A stretch of 64,000 nt of DNA. Origin: Candidatus Zixiibacteriota bacterium (GTDB lineage Bacteria; RBG-13-66-14; B26-G2; WVWN01). Under the pieces are notes generated by a model. It did not search any database. It was not told the DNA's origin and saw only the letters and a list, made by a program, of their open reading frames with translations. The DNA lies in NCBI GenBank assembly GCA_030613505.1, contig JAUWLW010000007.1, forward strand, positions 6,360 to 70,359. The letters are read 5' to 3'. Numbering within the stretch: position 1 is the stretch's first letter; every line of letters starts with the position of its first letter. This document shows, in pieces, positions 54,757 to 63,841 of the stretch. Both the position numbers and the translations under genes were made by a program.

Positions 54757-55742
54757 GGAAGAAAGTGGCAAAAAAACCACGCCCGGACAAAAGTCCCGAA
54801 AAACCGGACCGTCTCGACGAAAAGGCGGAAGCCGAAGAAGAAGACGCCCTCGGCCCCGACCAGATCTCCGAGGTCATAGACGAGCTCGAGTCGGAGAAGG
54901 AATACGAGGCCAACCTCGTGCGGGCATACCTGTCGGATATCTGCAAGATCTCCATTCTAACTAAAGAGGAAGAAATCGAGCTGGCTCGGAAGATAGAGAA
55001 GGGCGACGCCGACGCCAGGGCGAAGATGATCGTCTCCAACTTGCGCCTCGTCGTAAACGTAGCGAAGCAGTTTATCGGCCGGGGGATGTTTTTCCTAGAC
55101 CTCATAGAGGAAGGGAACCTAGGGCTCATCCGCGCGGTAGAGAAATTCTCTTACCATAAAGGTTTTCGGTTCAGCACGTACGCGACGTGGTGGATTCGGC
55201 AGACTATTAACCGAGCGCTGATAAACCAGGGTAGAACGATAAGGGTACCGGTACACGTCGTCGACCTCACCAAGAAATATTTCCGTACTTTGCAAAGACT
55301 GGCTCACGAGCTGGAACGGGAACCCGCGCCGGCGGAAGTAGCAACTGTCATGGGTATCTCGCAGGAACAGGTTGAACGGATCCTCTTATCGTCGCGAAGG
55401 ACCTACAAACTGGACGCGGATTTACCGGGGGCCGAGAGGTCCCTCTTGGAGAAAGTCGAGGACGACAAGGCCGAGGCGCCGTACGCCACGGCTTATTTGC
55501 TCGTGCGGTACGGCAGACTAGCCGAATTAATGAAACGTCTCAGCAAACGTGAACAGGAAGTTTTACGGATGAGGTTCGGCCTTGACGGTTACGAACAACT
55601 TACCTTGAAAAAGACCGGCGAGAAATTGGGGATAACGCGCGAACGCGTACGGCAAATCGAGAAAGAGGCTTTGAATAAATTACGTCAAATGGCCAAGGCC
55701 GAGGGGGGAGTAACCGACGGTTTGTTCGGCGACGTTACATAA
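54753..55742 (+). CDS. RNA polymerase sigma factor, sigma70 family (RpoD/RpoS-like, compact)
   Basis: Region 2 (DLIEEGNLGLIRAVEKF...YATWWIRQ), region 3, and region 4.2 (LGITRERVRQIEKEAL); 329 aa; an acidic N-terminus. Confidence 0.9.
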   Translation: MRKKVAKKPRPDKSPEKPDRLDEKAEAEEEDALGPDQISEVIDELESEKEYEANLVRAYLSDICKISILTKEEEIELARKIEKGDADARAKMIVSNLRLVVNVAKQFIGRGMFFLDLIEEGNLGLIRAVEKFSYHKGFRFSTYATWWIRQTINRALINQGRTIRVPVHVVDLTKKYFRTLQRLAHELEREPAPAEVATVMGISQEQVERILLSSRRTYKLDADLPGAERSLLEKVEDDKAEAPYATAYLLVRYGRLAELMKRLSKREQEVLRMRFGLDGYEQLTLKKTGEKLGITRERVRQIEKEALNKLRQMAKAEGGVTDGLFGDVT

Positions 55743-55769
55743 CGTCGTGCCGGCCGAAAGGAGCGTTAA

Positions 55770-56294
55770 GTGGTCGAAGAGAAGTTGAAAAGTCGTATCC
55801 GGGACGTTCCCGATTGGCCTAAAGAAGGGATCATATTTAAAGACATAACGACCCTGCTGCGAGATCCGGAGGCTTTCAAGCTCGCCGTAGACGCCTTGGC
55901 CGATAGATATCGCGACCGCGATATTAACTGCGTGGCTTCCGTAGAAGCCAGGGGTTTTATCTTGGGCGCTCCCGTAGCTTACCTCCTTGACGTAGGTTTC
56001 GTGCCCATACGCAAACCGGGCAAATTGCCCTGCGAAACGCGGCGCGAAGAATACGAACTGGAATACGGGACCGACGCCGTAGAAGTGCATGCCGACGCTT
56101 TCGACGCCGGCGACCGAGTACTGGTATGTGACGACCTCCTGGCGACGGGCGGCACGGCGCTCGCTACGGCGAGGCTGGTGGAATCTTGCGACGCGACCGT
56201 GGAAGCTTTCGTATTCCTAGTCGAACTTGACTTTTTGTCGGGGCGCGATAAGATCCGCGACTACGAAGTGTTTTCGATAATCCATTACGACTAG
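55770..56294 (+). CDS. apt: Adenine phosphoribosyltransferase
   Basis: PRPP-binding motif VLVCDDLLATGGT and the flexible loop GKLPCETRREEYELEYG; GTG start. Confidence 0.9.
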   Translation: MVEEKLKSRIRDVPDWPKEGIIFKDITTLLRDPEAFKLAVDALADRYRDRDINCVASVEARGFILGAPVAYLLDVGFVPIRKPGKLPCETRREEYELEYGTDAVEVHADAFDAGDRVLVCDDLLATGGTALATARLVESCDATVEAFVFLVELDFLSGRDKIRDYEVFSIIHYD

Positions 56295-56308
56295 TTTAGC
56301 ACGCAATA

Positions 56309-56337
56309 TTGCACGAAACGCTTTATTATGTTATATA
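56309..56337 (+). promoter_or_regulatory. sigma70 promoter (TTGCAC-17 nt-TATATA) for tRNA-Arg
   Basis: TTGCAC at 56309-56314, a 17-nt spacer, and TATATA at 56332-56337; the tRNA begins at 56357. Confidence 0.45.
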
Positions 56338-56356
56338 TTATATTCGGAGAGCCGGA

Positions 56357-56430
56357 AGCGCCCGTAGCTCAGCCGGATAGAGCGGTGGTTTCCTAAACCA
56401 TAGGTCGGAGGTTCGAATCCTCTCGGGCGC
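56357..56430 (+). tRNA. tRNA-Arg (anticodon CCU)
   Basis: Acceptor GCGCCCG/CGGGCGC, D-arm GCUC/GAGC, anticodon stem GUGGU/ACCAU with loop UUCCUAA, T-arm GGAGG-UUCGAAU-CCUCU. Confidence 0.85.
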
Positions 56431-56453
56431 AAAAGGCCGTCCTTGGAGCCGAT

Positions 56454-57944
56454 ATGGAATTTTACCTAAATATCAACGGGAACCAACGCGGGCCGCTAGA
56501 CGAAGCCGAATTCCGCGAACTGGTGCGGAACAAGGCCGTGTCGCAGGAAGACTACGTTTGGGAAGCGAAGCAGGGTAGGTGGATTAAAATCAAATTCTAC
56601 GCGGAGCTGGCCGCGGTTTTCGAAGAGGAAACGACCGCCCCGCCCGCGGAGGAAGAAGGATATTTTATCAACGTCGAAGGCAAAACCGGCGGCCCGTTCC
56701 TCAAGGATGCCATAATCAAAGAAATTGAAAGAGGCCGTTTCCAACGTTCCCATTTCGTCTGGGACGCCGAATCTAACCGATGGTTAAAAGCCTCGGAACA
56801 CGCCGTATTCGCGGAATTACTTACCGAAGCCACGCCCCCGAAGGCCGTAAAAAAATATTACCTCAGTAAAGAAGGTGCGCGTTACGGCCCATTCGAATTC
56901 GGAGAAGTCGAAGAAAAGATTTTGAGCGGCGAGTTCGACCGGAGCCACTACGCTTGGGAACCGCAACTGAAGAAGTGGGTGGAACTCGCCGAGGTAGCCG
57001 ACTTCGCGGATATATTCGCCGATTTAGCGGCTCCGGAACCGGAAGTTCCCCCGCCCATGCCGGTCCCGGAACCGACGACGCCGGCGCCGCCTGGCCCGGT
57101 CGCACCGCCGGAAAGGGCACCTCCGGAACCCATGCCGGCCCCGCCCGCCGAGGCGGGTTTAGCTCCGCCGCTCGAGTTGGCCGCTCCGCCTACGGAGCCA
57201 AAACCCCCCCCGGGACCGGTAGGGGTCCAACCTTTAGCCCCAGGCGCGGAACCGGCGATTACGCCGCCGGGAAGAGGTATCCCGGAGCCCCAAGTGGGAG
57301 ATCTGGTTTCGATTTCCATACCCCCTCCTACGGCCGACGATAAACCGCCGCCACCCGACGTGTCGAAAGTCTCGGTCGACGAGGTCGAGTTTAAGAAAGT
57401 ATCAGCTGAGGAAGAAGAAGTTGCGTTGGGGAAGGGTAAAGACGTAAAGATCGACCGCACGGTCGTATTGGATCTCTCGCGGCCTTCGTTTATCAGGCGC
57501 TTCGCAGCGCAATTGGTAGACCTATTCTTTATAAGCCTTTCTTATTTCGCCGTCGCTCTTATATTCAGCTTTTTGGAGATGAACCCGTACCTGCCGGGGC
57601 CCGACAGGTACTATTACCAACAATGGTTTTGGGGCGTGATAGTGGGCATAGGCCTCTTCTATTTCCTCGTCCGCGACGGGGGCGGCGCCAGTATCGGTAA
57701 GCGGATTATGGGGTTGCGGGTCGTTAAATATGGCGATTACGACCGGCCGGCGAACGTGGTTAACTCGATAATGCGTAATATTACGCTACTCATACCGCTC
57801 TTAAACATATTGGACGTAGTATACGCGTATACGGACCCTAAAGGCCGTAGGGTCGGCGATCGCGCGGCCGGTACGATATTGACGGAGTCTCACGAAATGA
57901 ATTACCTCCGGGAGCAACGCGCGATTCTCGATGAAATCTACTAA
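56454..57944 (+). CDS. Three GYF-like (DUF4339) repeats, Pro-rich linker and C-terminal RDD-family membrane domain
   Basis: Three roughly 60-aa repeats of the pattern Y...NG...GP....E...LV..G.....VW...........ELA. A PEPxPPP-rich linker. An RDD-like TM domain (RRFAAQLVDLFF...RDGGGASIGKRIMGLRVV). Confidence 0.7.
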   Translation: MEFYLNINGNQRGPLDEAEFRELVRNKAVSQEDYVWEAKQGRWIKIKFYAELAAVFEEETTAPPAEEEGYFINVEGKTGGPFLKDAIIKEIERGRFQRSHFVWDAESNRWLKASEHAVFAELLTEATPPKAVKKYYLSKEGARYGPFEFGEVEEKILSGEFDRSHYAWEPQLKKWVELAEVADFADIFADLAAPEPEVPPPMPVPEPTTPAPPGPVAPPERAPPEPMPAPPAEAGLAPPLELAAPPTEPKPPPGPVGVQPLAPGAEPAITPPGRGIPEPQVGDLVSISIPPPTADDKPPPPDVSKVSVDEVEFKKVSAEEEEVALGKGKDVKIDRTVVLDLSRPSFIRRFAAQLVDLFFISLSYFAVALIFSFLEMNPYLPGPDRYYYQQWFWGVIVGIGLFYFLVRDGGGASIGKRIMGLRVVKYGDYDRPANVVNSIMRNITLLIPLLNILDVVYAYTDPKGRRVGDRAAGTILTESHEMNYLREQRAILDEIY

Positions 57945-58482
57945 CACCGATATCCTATTACGGAACCGGAGAGTGTTCGCCAACGCCAGGGATGCGGCGT
58001 TTGCGAATGCCGGTAGCTTAATCGACGAAATCCTTGCCCGTTACGGCGAAAACGGCGCCGAGTTAATGGACCCGGATGAACTAAAAAACTTAATGGCGGC
58101 GCTTGTCGACCGCCTTTACCACGCCCGATATTTCGCTAGGTTATCGGCCGGGGGTAACAACCTGCATCCTCCGCCGGAAATCGATTACGTTGAGCAAGCC
58201 TATTTAGACCACGTCGAGACGACCTATTCCTACTCGCGTTCTATTAACCGTTTCGTACATCACGAACTACTCATCGATTCCTTTGTGCGCGAGCACCCGG
58301 ACGTTTCAGAGGACTTTAAAACTTACCTCGCGGAGATACGTAAAAGCGACGCGAACTTAATATACATAAATCTTCGGAGTTTAAGGGAACGTATGCGCGT
58401 CTTCGCCCGTTATGTGGACCGTCCGGCCGCCGTCGCGGCCGAATACTTCAAACACCCTCTCGGCGTCGAGCAAGGAGAATAA
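57931..58482 (+). CDS. Hypothetical protein
   Basis: 183 aa; ATG overlapping the upstream stop by 14 nt. No domain recognised. Confidence 0.5.
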   Translation: MKSTNTDILLRNRRVFANARDAAFANAGSLIDEILARYGENGAELMDPDELKNLMAALVDRLYHARYFARLSAGGNNLHPPPEIDYVEQAYLDHVETTYSYSRSINRFVHHELLIDSFVREHPDVSEDFKTYLAEIRKSDANLIYINLRSLRERMRVFARYVDRPAAVAAEYFKHPLGVEQGE

Positions 58483-58956
58483 ATGGCCAAGTACGTCTTC
58501 CGCATTATATGCCTGCTTTCGGCGTTGACCTTATTATACCCGTCGGTATCGCCGGCCAAAACGGCCAAACCCGTAATAGCGGTTTTTAATTTCGAAACCG
58601 TAAATACAACCGACTACCTGGGTCCGGTAACCGCTCGTTACCTGATGACGGCGCTAGCCTATTTGGGTAAATATAAGGTTATCGAACCGGAAAAAATCGA
58701 AAAGGTTTTGGAGGGCGCCGGTATCGGCGAGGGCGAAGCCATCGAGACAGGGACGGCCGCAACGTTGGGAAAGAAGTTGGGGGCTATGGTGGCGTGCCGC
58801 GGCAAAGTAACAAAAAAAGGCAATAAATATACTATTACCGTTGATTTTATAAGTACGGCCAACGCCGCCGTCATTACCTCTAATAGCGCGAACGTAACGG
58901 GCGAAGCAAACCTATCAAAAGGTATCGACCGTATAGTTGGTCTAACGAAAGATTGA
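58483..58956 (+). CDS. Secreted hypothetical protein
   Basis: Signal peptide (IICLLSALTLLYPSVSPA); 157 aa. Confidence 0.55.
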   Translation: MAKYVFRIICLLSALTLLYPSVSPAKTAKPVIAVFNFETVNTTDYLGPVTARYLMTALAYLGKYKVIEPEKIEKVLEGAGIGEGEAIETGTAATLGKKLGAMVACRGKVTKKGNKYTITVDFISTANAAVITSNSANVTGEANLSKGIDRIVGLTKD

Positions 58957-59639
58957 GGTCGCTACTAGCCAGGCGGAACTCTTTTTTTACCGTGGCCGCG
59001 GCGGCTTTTTTATTAAACGCTGTGGCCGCTCGGGGCCAAAGCGATACTGCAGCCTTCGCCGAGGTGTTGGATGAAGCCGTCGGTTTCGCCCGGGGCGGCG
59101 ACCGCGAGAAGGCGAGCGAGGTTTTTTTGGAGCTCGCGTCCGAATACCCGGGTGAAGCCGCTATACTGTATAACCTCGCTTTAACGTACGAATTCGACGC
59201 AGACGGGAACCGGTACAAAGGTGAAAACCTAAACCTGGCCGCGTCGTATTACGAGGAGGCGTTGGCAGCAGATCCGCGCTTCAGCCCCGCTCGATTCAAC
59301 GTCGCGGTCGTATGGCATAAACTGGGTTATTTAGAAGAAGCCGCGCGCAAGTACCGCCTTATTGCGAAGGGTGGAGGGGAATTAGGTCGTCGCGCGGAAT
59401 ATAACCTGGCCTTGGTATTGAGGGAGAGGGGCCTAACCGAAGAAGCTGCCGATATCTTAAAACAAGGTGAGGGAGTTTACGACGACGTATCGCGCGTACG
59501 GTTGTTGGCGCTGTTGGCCGAAGACGCCGGCGAGGTGGGGAGAGCCATCCGCCTTTGGAAACGAGCGTTAGCGCTGGGCGACAACGCCGTTTTGAACGCG
59601 CTGGCCGTAAAACACCTTCAGGCCCTTCGGGGTTACTGA
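58953..59639 (+). CDS. Tetratricopeptide-repeat protein (secreted)
   Basis: Signal peptide; TPR-like repeats (AAILYNLALTYEF, AEYNLALVLRERG); a TTG start overlapping the upstream stop. Confidence 0.7.
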   Translation: MRSLLARRNSFFTVAAAAFLLNAVAARGQSDTAAFAEVLDEAVGFARGGDREKASEVFLELASEYPGEAAILYNLALTYEFDADGNRYKGENLNLAASYYEEALAADPRFSPARFNVAVVWHKLGYLEEAARKYRLIAKGGGELGRRAEYNLALVLRERGLTEEAADILKQGEGVYDDVSRVRLLALLAEDAGEVGRAIRLWKRALALGDNAVLNALAVKHLQALRGY

Positions 59640-59667
59640 ATATGCGATGAGGAGGCGTTAATTGGGC

Positions 59668-60612
59668 ATGTCTTCTAAAAGATGGTGGCTAATGGGCGGA
59701 GGAGCGGCCTTATTCGCGCTGCTCATGATAATCGTCGCTTTGGCCGTACTCTGCCGCGTTCTGCCCGAGGTCAAAGCTTATTCCCCGTTAGGCAAGAAGA
59801 TCGCGGTATTGGACATACGAGGGTCGATTATATCATCAGAGGATACCATCAAGATAATCCACTCGTACCGGGACGACCCGACGGTCGCCGCCGTCGTCCT
59901 TTACATCGATAGCCCGGGGGGCGGGGTAGCGCCGTCTCAGGAGATCTACACTGAATTACTACAGTTAAAAGAGAAAGATAAAAAAGTATACGCGTATATG
60001 TCCAACCTCGGCGCTTCGGGAGGGTATTACGTCGCGTGCGCGAGCGATAAAATTTACGCCTCGCCCGGTACCCTTACCGGGTCCATCGGCGTTATTTTAA
60101 CCTTCACTAACGTGGAGGGCCTTTTCGGTAAGATAGGCCTCTCGAGCAAAACCATCAAGAGCGGCCGCTATAAGGATATCGGCTCGCCGTTCCGGCCCAT
60201 GACGCCCGAAGAAGAAGCCTTGCTAGGCGAAACGGTGGACGACGTATACGAGCAGTTCCTCGATACGGTAATCGAGGCGCGGCGGGACGCCATATCCGAT
60301 AAGCTCGAAGACGCAGGCGTCGAGAAACCCACGAAATACCGCGTGCGCCGGTACGTCATGGAATATGCCGACGGCCGGATATTCTCGGGCCGGCAAGCCC
60401 AAGAGCTTGGGTTTGTCGATGAGCTGGGTAATTTCCAAAAATGTCTGAAAGACGTCGCGCGGGAGATCGGCGTCAAGGGACGTCCTACTATCGTGAGGAA
60501 AAAGACCAAGGAGAGATCTCTTTACGACGTACTCTTCGGGCGCGTTCGCGCCGAACTCCTGGGTTTGGGCGAACCAACAACCCGTGTAGAATTGAAATAC
60601 TCTCTCTATTAA
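59668..60612 (+). CDS. sppA: Signal peptide peptidase SppA (36K type, S49)
   Basis: N-terminal TM; catalytic region SNLGASGGYYVACASDKIYASPGTLTGSIGV with the Ser nucleophile. Confidence 0.85.
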   Translation: MSSKRWWLMGGGAALFALLMIIVALAVLCRVLPEVKAYSPLGKKIAVLDIRGSIISSEDTIKIIHSYRDDPTVAAVVLYIDSPGGGVAPSQEIYTELLQLKEKDKKVYAYMSNLGASGGYYVACASDKIYASPGTLTGSIGVILTFTNVEGLFGKIGLSSKTIKSGRYKDIGSPFRPMTPEEEALLGETVDDVYEQFLDTVIEARRDAISDKLEDAGVEKPTKYRVRRYVMEYADGRIFSGRQAQELGFVDELGNFQKCLKDVAREIGVKGRPTIVRKKTKERSLYDVLFGRVRAELLGLGEPTTRVELKYSLY

Positions 60613-60691
60613 AGAGGGGGTCGGTCGCCGTCGACCAAGAGGGCCGGCGTTACGCAAGGGAAGTTAAACCGTTAACTCAGGGAGTCGCGAC

Positions 60692-61657
60692 GTGCGTAAA
60701 TCAGCTATATTATTATCCTGCTTTACCCTAGTCCTCGTAATCGGTTGTGCTAAACAAGCCGAGGAAGCCCCCCTAGTCGGCGAAAAAGAACTCTACGAAG
60801 AGAAAGCCGCCCCCGAGGCCGCACCCACCGCGCCCGGCGAAGACCTGAAATACAAACGGGCCGAGGGCGAAATGCCGGCCAGAGGAGCTACCGACGCGGC
60901 CGAAGGTGAACGGGCCGACCTAACCGATGTCTTAGGAGGCGTGGCTGAAGCCGCAGACGTCGCCGGCGAATTAAAACTCATAAAAACAGCCGACCTAACG
61001 TGCGAGATCGACGACGTCGATGAGGGCTTCGAACAGGTGTATGCCGTCGCGGCGGCCGAGAGAGCGCTCGTCGTCGGCACCAACCGTGCCGTAGCCGAAG
61101 AAGGTTACGTATTCGGTTCGGTGACGTTAAAAGTCCATCCGTCGAAGTTCGACGAAACGGTGAGGGCTTTACGGGAAATAGGGCGGCTGGTGTCGGAGAG
61201 TAGTACGACGGAAGACGTTACACAGGAATACGTAGACGTCCAAGCGCGCCTCGAAAACGCCGAAGCGACGCGCGCCCGTTACCTGGAGATCCTGGCGATA
61301 CGCGCCGGCACGGTACCCGACATCCTGGAAGTGGAGCGGGAGATCGAACGCGTAACTGAAAATATCGAACGTTTCAAAGGCCAAATCCGCTACTTCGACG
61401 CTCAAATAGGATTGTCTACTATCACCATCCACTTCGAACAACCTCACGCCGCCGTTCCTACCGGTTACAGCTTCGTAAAAGCCGTAAAAGACGCGTTCCG
61501 TATCGCGGTCCGCATCTGTATTTTCTTAGTCCAAGCCGTTATCGTATTGCTGCCTTTTATAATATTATTAATAATTATGGTATTGGTAATCAGGCTCATC
61601 GTATGGTCTATACAACGGCGTAGGCGTAAGGCTAAACAAGCGGCTATAGACGCCTAA
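60692..61657 (+). CDS. Lipoprotein with C-terminal TM anchor (DUF4349-like)
   Basis: GTG start; lipobox LVIGC; a coiled-coil central region; a very hydrophobic C-terminal helix, then RRRRKAK. Confidence 0.6.
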   Translation: MRKSAILLSCFTLVLVIGCAKQAEEAPLVGEKELYEEKAAPEAAPTAPGEDLKYKRAEGEMPARGATDAAEGERADLTDVLGGVAEAADVAGELKLIKTADLTCEIDDVDEGFEQVYAVAAAERALVVGTNRAVAEEGYVFGSVTLKVHPSKFDETVRALREIGRLVSESSTTEDVTQEYVDVQARLENAEATRARYLEILAIRAGTVPDILEVEREIERVTENIERFKGQIRYFDAQIGLSTITIHFEQPHAAVPTGYSFVKAVKDAFRIAVRICIFLVQAVIVLLPFIILLIIMVLVIRLIVWSIQRRRRKAKQAAIDA

Positions 61658-61752
61658 GGGTACAGCTCCTTCGGCTAACATTCGACCTAAAAGGTCGACT
61701 ACCGTTCGGGAACGGGTCAAGGCGTGCGTCGATAGCGCGGAGGTTATACGAA

Positions 61753-62079
61753 ATGACTAAAGCGGATTTAGCCCGTTCGATAGCGAAAAAACACAACCTA
61801 ACGCAAAAAGAAGCGGTAAGCGTCGTAGACGCCGTCCTCGAAACTATAACCGACGCTCTGGCACAGGGCGATAAAGTTGAGCTTCGTGGTTTCGGTTCTT
61901 TCGCAGTTAAAAACCGACCCGCACGTACAGCGCGAAATCCGAAAACAGGTGAACGAGTCTCCGTACCTCCGAAAGTTACTCCGGCTTTTAAGGCTTCTAA
62001 AGCATTAAAAAAACTACTAGCGGAAGAGCGGTACGAGGTAGAGGTACCGTCCGAACAACAAACCGAGAATATGAGGTGA
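61753..62079 (+). CDS. HU/IHF-family DNA-binding protein
   Basis: MTKADLARSIAKKHNLTQKEA...RGFGSFAVKNRPARTARNPKTGE is the canonical HU/IHF arm; an IHF-like C-terminal extension. Confidence 0.9.
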   Translation: MTKADLARSIAKKHNLTQKEAVSVVDAVLETITDALAQGDKVELRGFGSFAVKNRPARTARNPKTGERVSVPPKVTPAFKASKALKKLLAEERYEVEVPSEQQTENMR

Positions 62080-62082
62080 AAT

Positions 62083-62172
62083 ATGGGTTGTCCTAGAAAA
62101 AGGAAACGCAAGAAAATAGCAAAGCACAAGAGAAAGAAGAAATCTCGGGCGAATAGGCATAAAAAGAAGTAA
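62083..62172 (+). CDS. Tiny highly basic ORF (29 aa), bS22-like ribosomal protein candidate; not in the ORF track
   Basis: ATG 4 nt after the HU stop, preceded by AGGTGA. It encodes MGCPRKRKRKKIAKHKRKKKSRANRHKKK, which resembles mycobacterial/Bacteroidetes bS22 (MGSVIKKRRKRMAKKKHRKLL...). Confidence 0.4.
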   Translation: MGCPRKRKRKKIAKHKRKKKSRANRHKKK

Positions 62173-62327
62173 GAGGCCGGTGGCTATATTAACATAATAT
62201 GTATTATCAGACATTTACCTATATCCTTGTTTGACCTTTTTATAGTCTTTTTTATCCTTATTTCCCAATCGTTTAAATCCCCATATTTAATATTATCCTT
62301 CACCATCGCGAACTTATTTATATGATT

Positions 62328-62350
62328 AAGCTCCCTTTCTCAGGGAGCTT
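62328..62350. terminator. Perfect 9-bp inverted repeat hairpin (AAGCTCCCT-ttctc-AGGGAGCTT) in a convergent AT-rich spacer
   Basis: It lies 8 nt downstream of the glgA stop (minus strand) and about 155 nt downstream of the bS22-like ORF (plus strand); it may be a bidirectional terminator, and the U-tract is weak on both sides. Confidence 0.4.
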
Positions 62351-62358
62351 TAACGCTA

Positions 62359-63834
62359 CTAGCGTTTTCGCCGTGCCCCTAACTTTTTCCTCTTCGCTAA
62401 CCGGTAAAGCTTCATGTATTCCCTGGCCGAACGTTCCCAAGAAAAATCTTTTCCCATACCGCGCCGCATAATATTCCGCCACCGCCGCGGCCTCGAGTAC
62501 GCCGCTAAGGCCCTTTCTAACGCTTCTACCATGGCTCGCCCGGTATAGCGTTCGAACGCGAAGCCCACGCCCTCCCGCTTACTCTCGTCAGCATCTCTTA
62601 CGGTATCGGCTAAACCGCCTGTCGCTCTAACTACCGGTACGGTACCGTAAGCTAAAGCAATCATTTGCCCCAAACCGCACGGTTCGTAACGTGACGGCAT
62701 CAAAATCATATCGGAGCCGGCGTATATGCGGTGGGCCATCGCGTCGTCGAACATTAAGTGCGACGAGAATTTCTTGGGATGTCGCTTAGCTACTTCTTTA
62801 AAAAGGCGGTGATATTTTCGGTCCCCCGTACCTAACAAGATGTAGCGACACGGCAGCTGCAAGATACTATCGATTCCGTCCACTAGGATATCAAAACCTT
62901 TTTGATCGGCGAGCCGCGAAACTATACTTACCAGCGCCTTTTTATTTTCTTGGGCGAAACCATTCTCCTTCTCGAGCACCTGCTTACACAAAACCTTGCC
63001 TTTGAGATTTTCCGCACGGTAATTAGCCGCTATATGGGGATCTTTTTTCGGATTCCAAATCGTATAATCGATGCCGTTTAGTACGCCGTGCAAATCGGCG
63101 CGCCGCTGGCGGAGAACGCCGTCCATCACGAAGCCGAATTCAGGCGTTTGGATCTCTTCGCAGTATCTTTCGCTGACGGTACTAATCAAGTCCGCGTGAA
63201 GGATACCCGCTTTGAGAAATGAGAATTGGCCGAAGAATTCCAAGTCATTCATCACGAAGCGGTCCCAGCTAACGTTCGTAATCGGAAAATATTTCTTATC
63301 GAAGTTCCCCTGATACCCGGTGTTATGTATAGTAAATAACGTCCCGGTACCGGCGAATTCTTCAGCATAATGGTCTTTGACGTACACCGGAACCAAGCCC
63401 GTCTGCCAGTCGTGCGCGTTTATGCAGGCGGGATTTATTTTTTCGGCGAGGATGAGTTCCAGCGCGCCGCGGCATAATAACGTGAAGCGTTCCGCGTTGT
63501 CGGGATAATCGATTCCCTTTTCCTGATATAAACCGTCCCGGTAGAAGTAGGGGTCGTAGGCTAAAAAGAAAGCCGTTATATCCGTATCCGGTATATTAGT
63601 CGCGTAGACGGTAGTCGTTATTGTGTTGACGCCCACCGGCACCGTTAAACGCCCTACCCTCTTCTCGCCAAAGCCTCCCCGGGCCACCTCTTTGTAGTAA
63701 GGCATTATGAGCGTCGGCTTGGCGCCTACTTTTGCTAACGCTTTAGGAAGAGAACCGGCGACGTCGGCCAAACCACCCGTTTTAGCGAACGGTACGGCTT
63801 CCGAAACGACCAGAACAACTTTCAACCTAGCCAT
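62359..63834 (-). CDS. glgA: Glycogen synthase (ADP-glucose type, GT5)
   Basis: N-terminal EAVPFAKTGGLADVAGSLPKAL (KTGGL motif); 491 aa. Confidence 0.9.
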   Translation of the reverse strand: MARLKVVLVVSEAVPFAKTGGLADVAGSLPKALAKVGAKPTLIMPYYKEVARGGFGEKRVGRLTVPVGVNTITTTVYATNIPDTDITAFFLAYDPYFYRDGLYQEKGIDYPDNAERFTLLCRGALELILAEKINPACINAHDWQTGLVPVYVKDHYAEEFAGTGTLFTIHNTGYQGNFDKKYFPITNVSWDRFVMNDLEFFGQFSFLKAGILHADLISTVSERYCEEIQTPEFGFVMDGVLRQRRADLHGVLNGIDYTIWNPKKDPHIAANYRAENLKGKVLCKQVLEKENGFAQENKKALVSIVSRLADQKGFDILVDGIDSILQLPCRYILLGTGDRKYHRLFKEVAKRHPKKFSSHLMFDDAMAHRIYAGSDMILMPSRYEPCGLGQMIALAYGTVPVVRATGGLADTVRDADESKREGVGFAFERYTGRAMVEALERALAAYSRPRRWRNIMRRGMGKDFSWERSAREYMKLYRLAKRKKLGARRKR

Positions 63835-63841
63835 AAAAACC

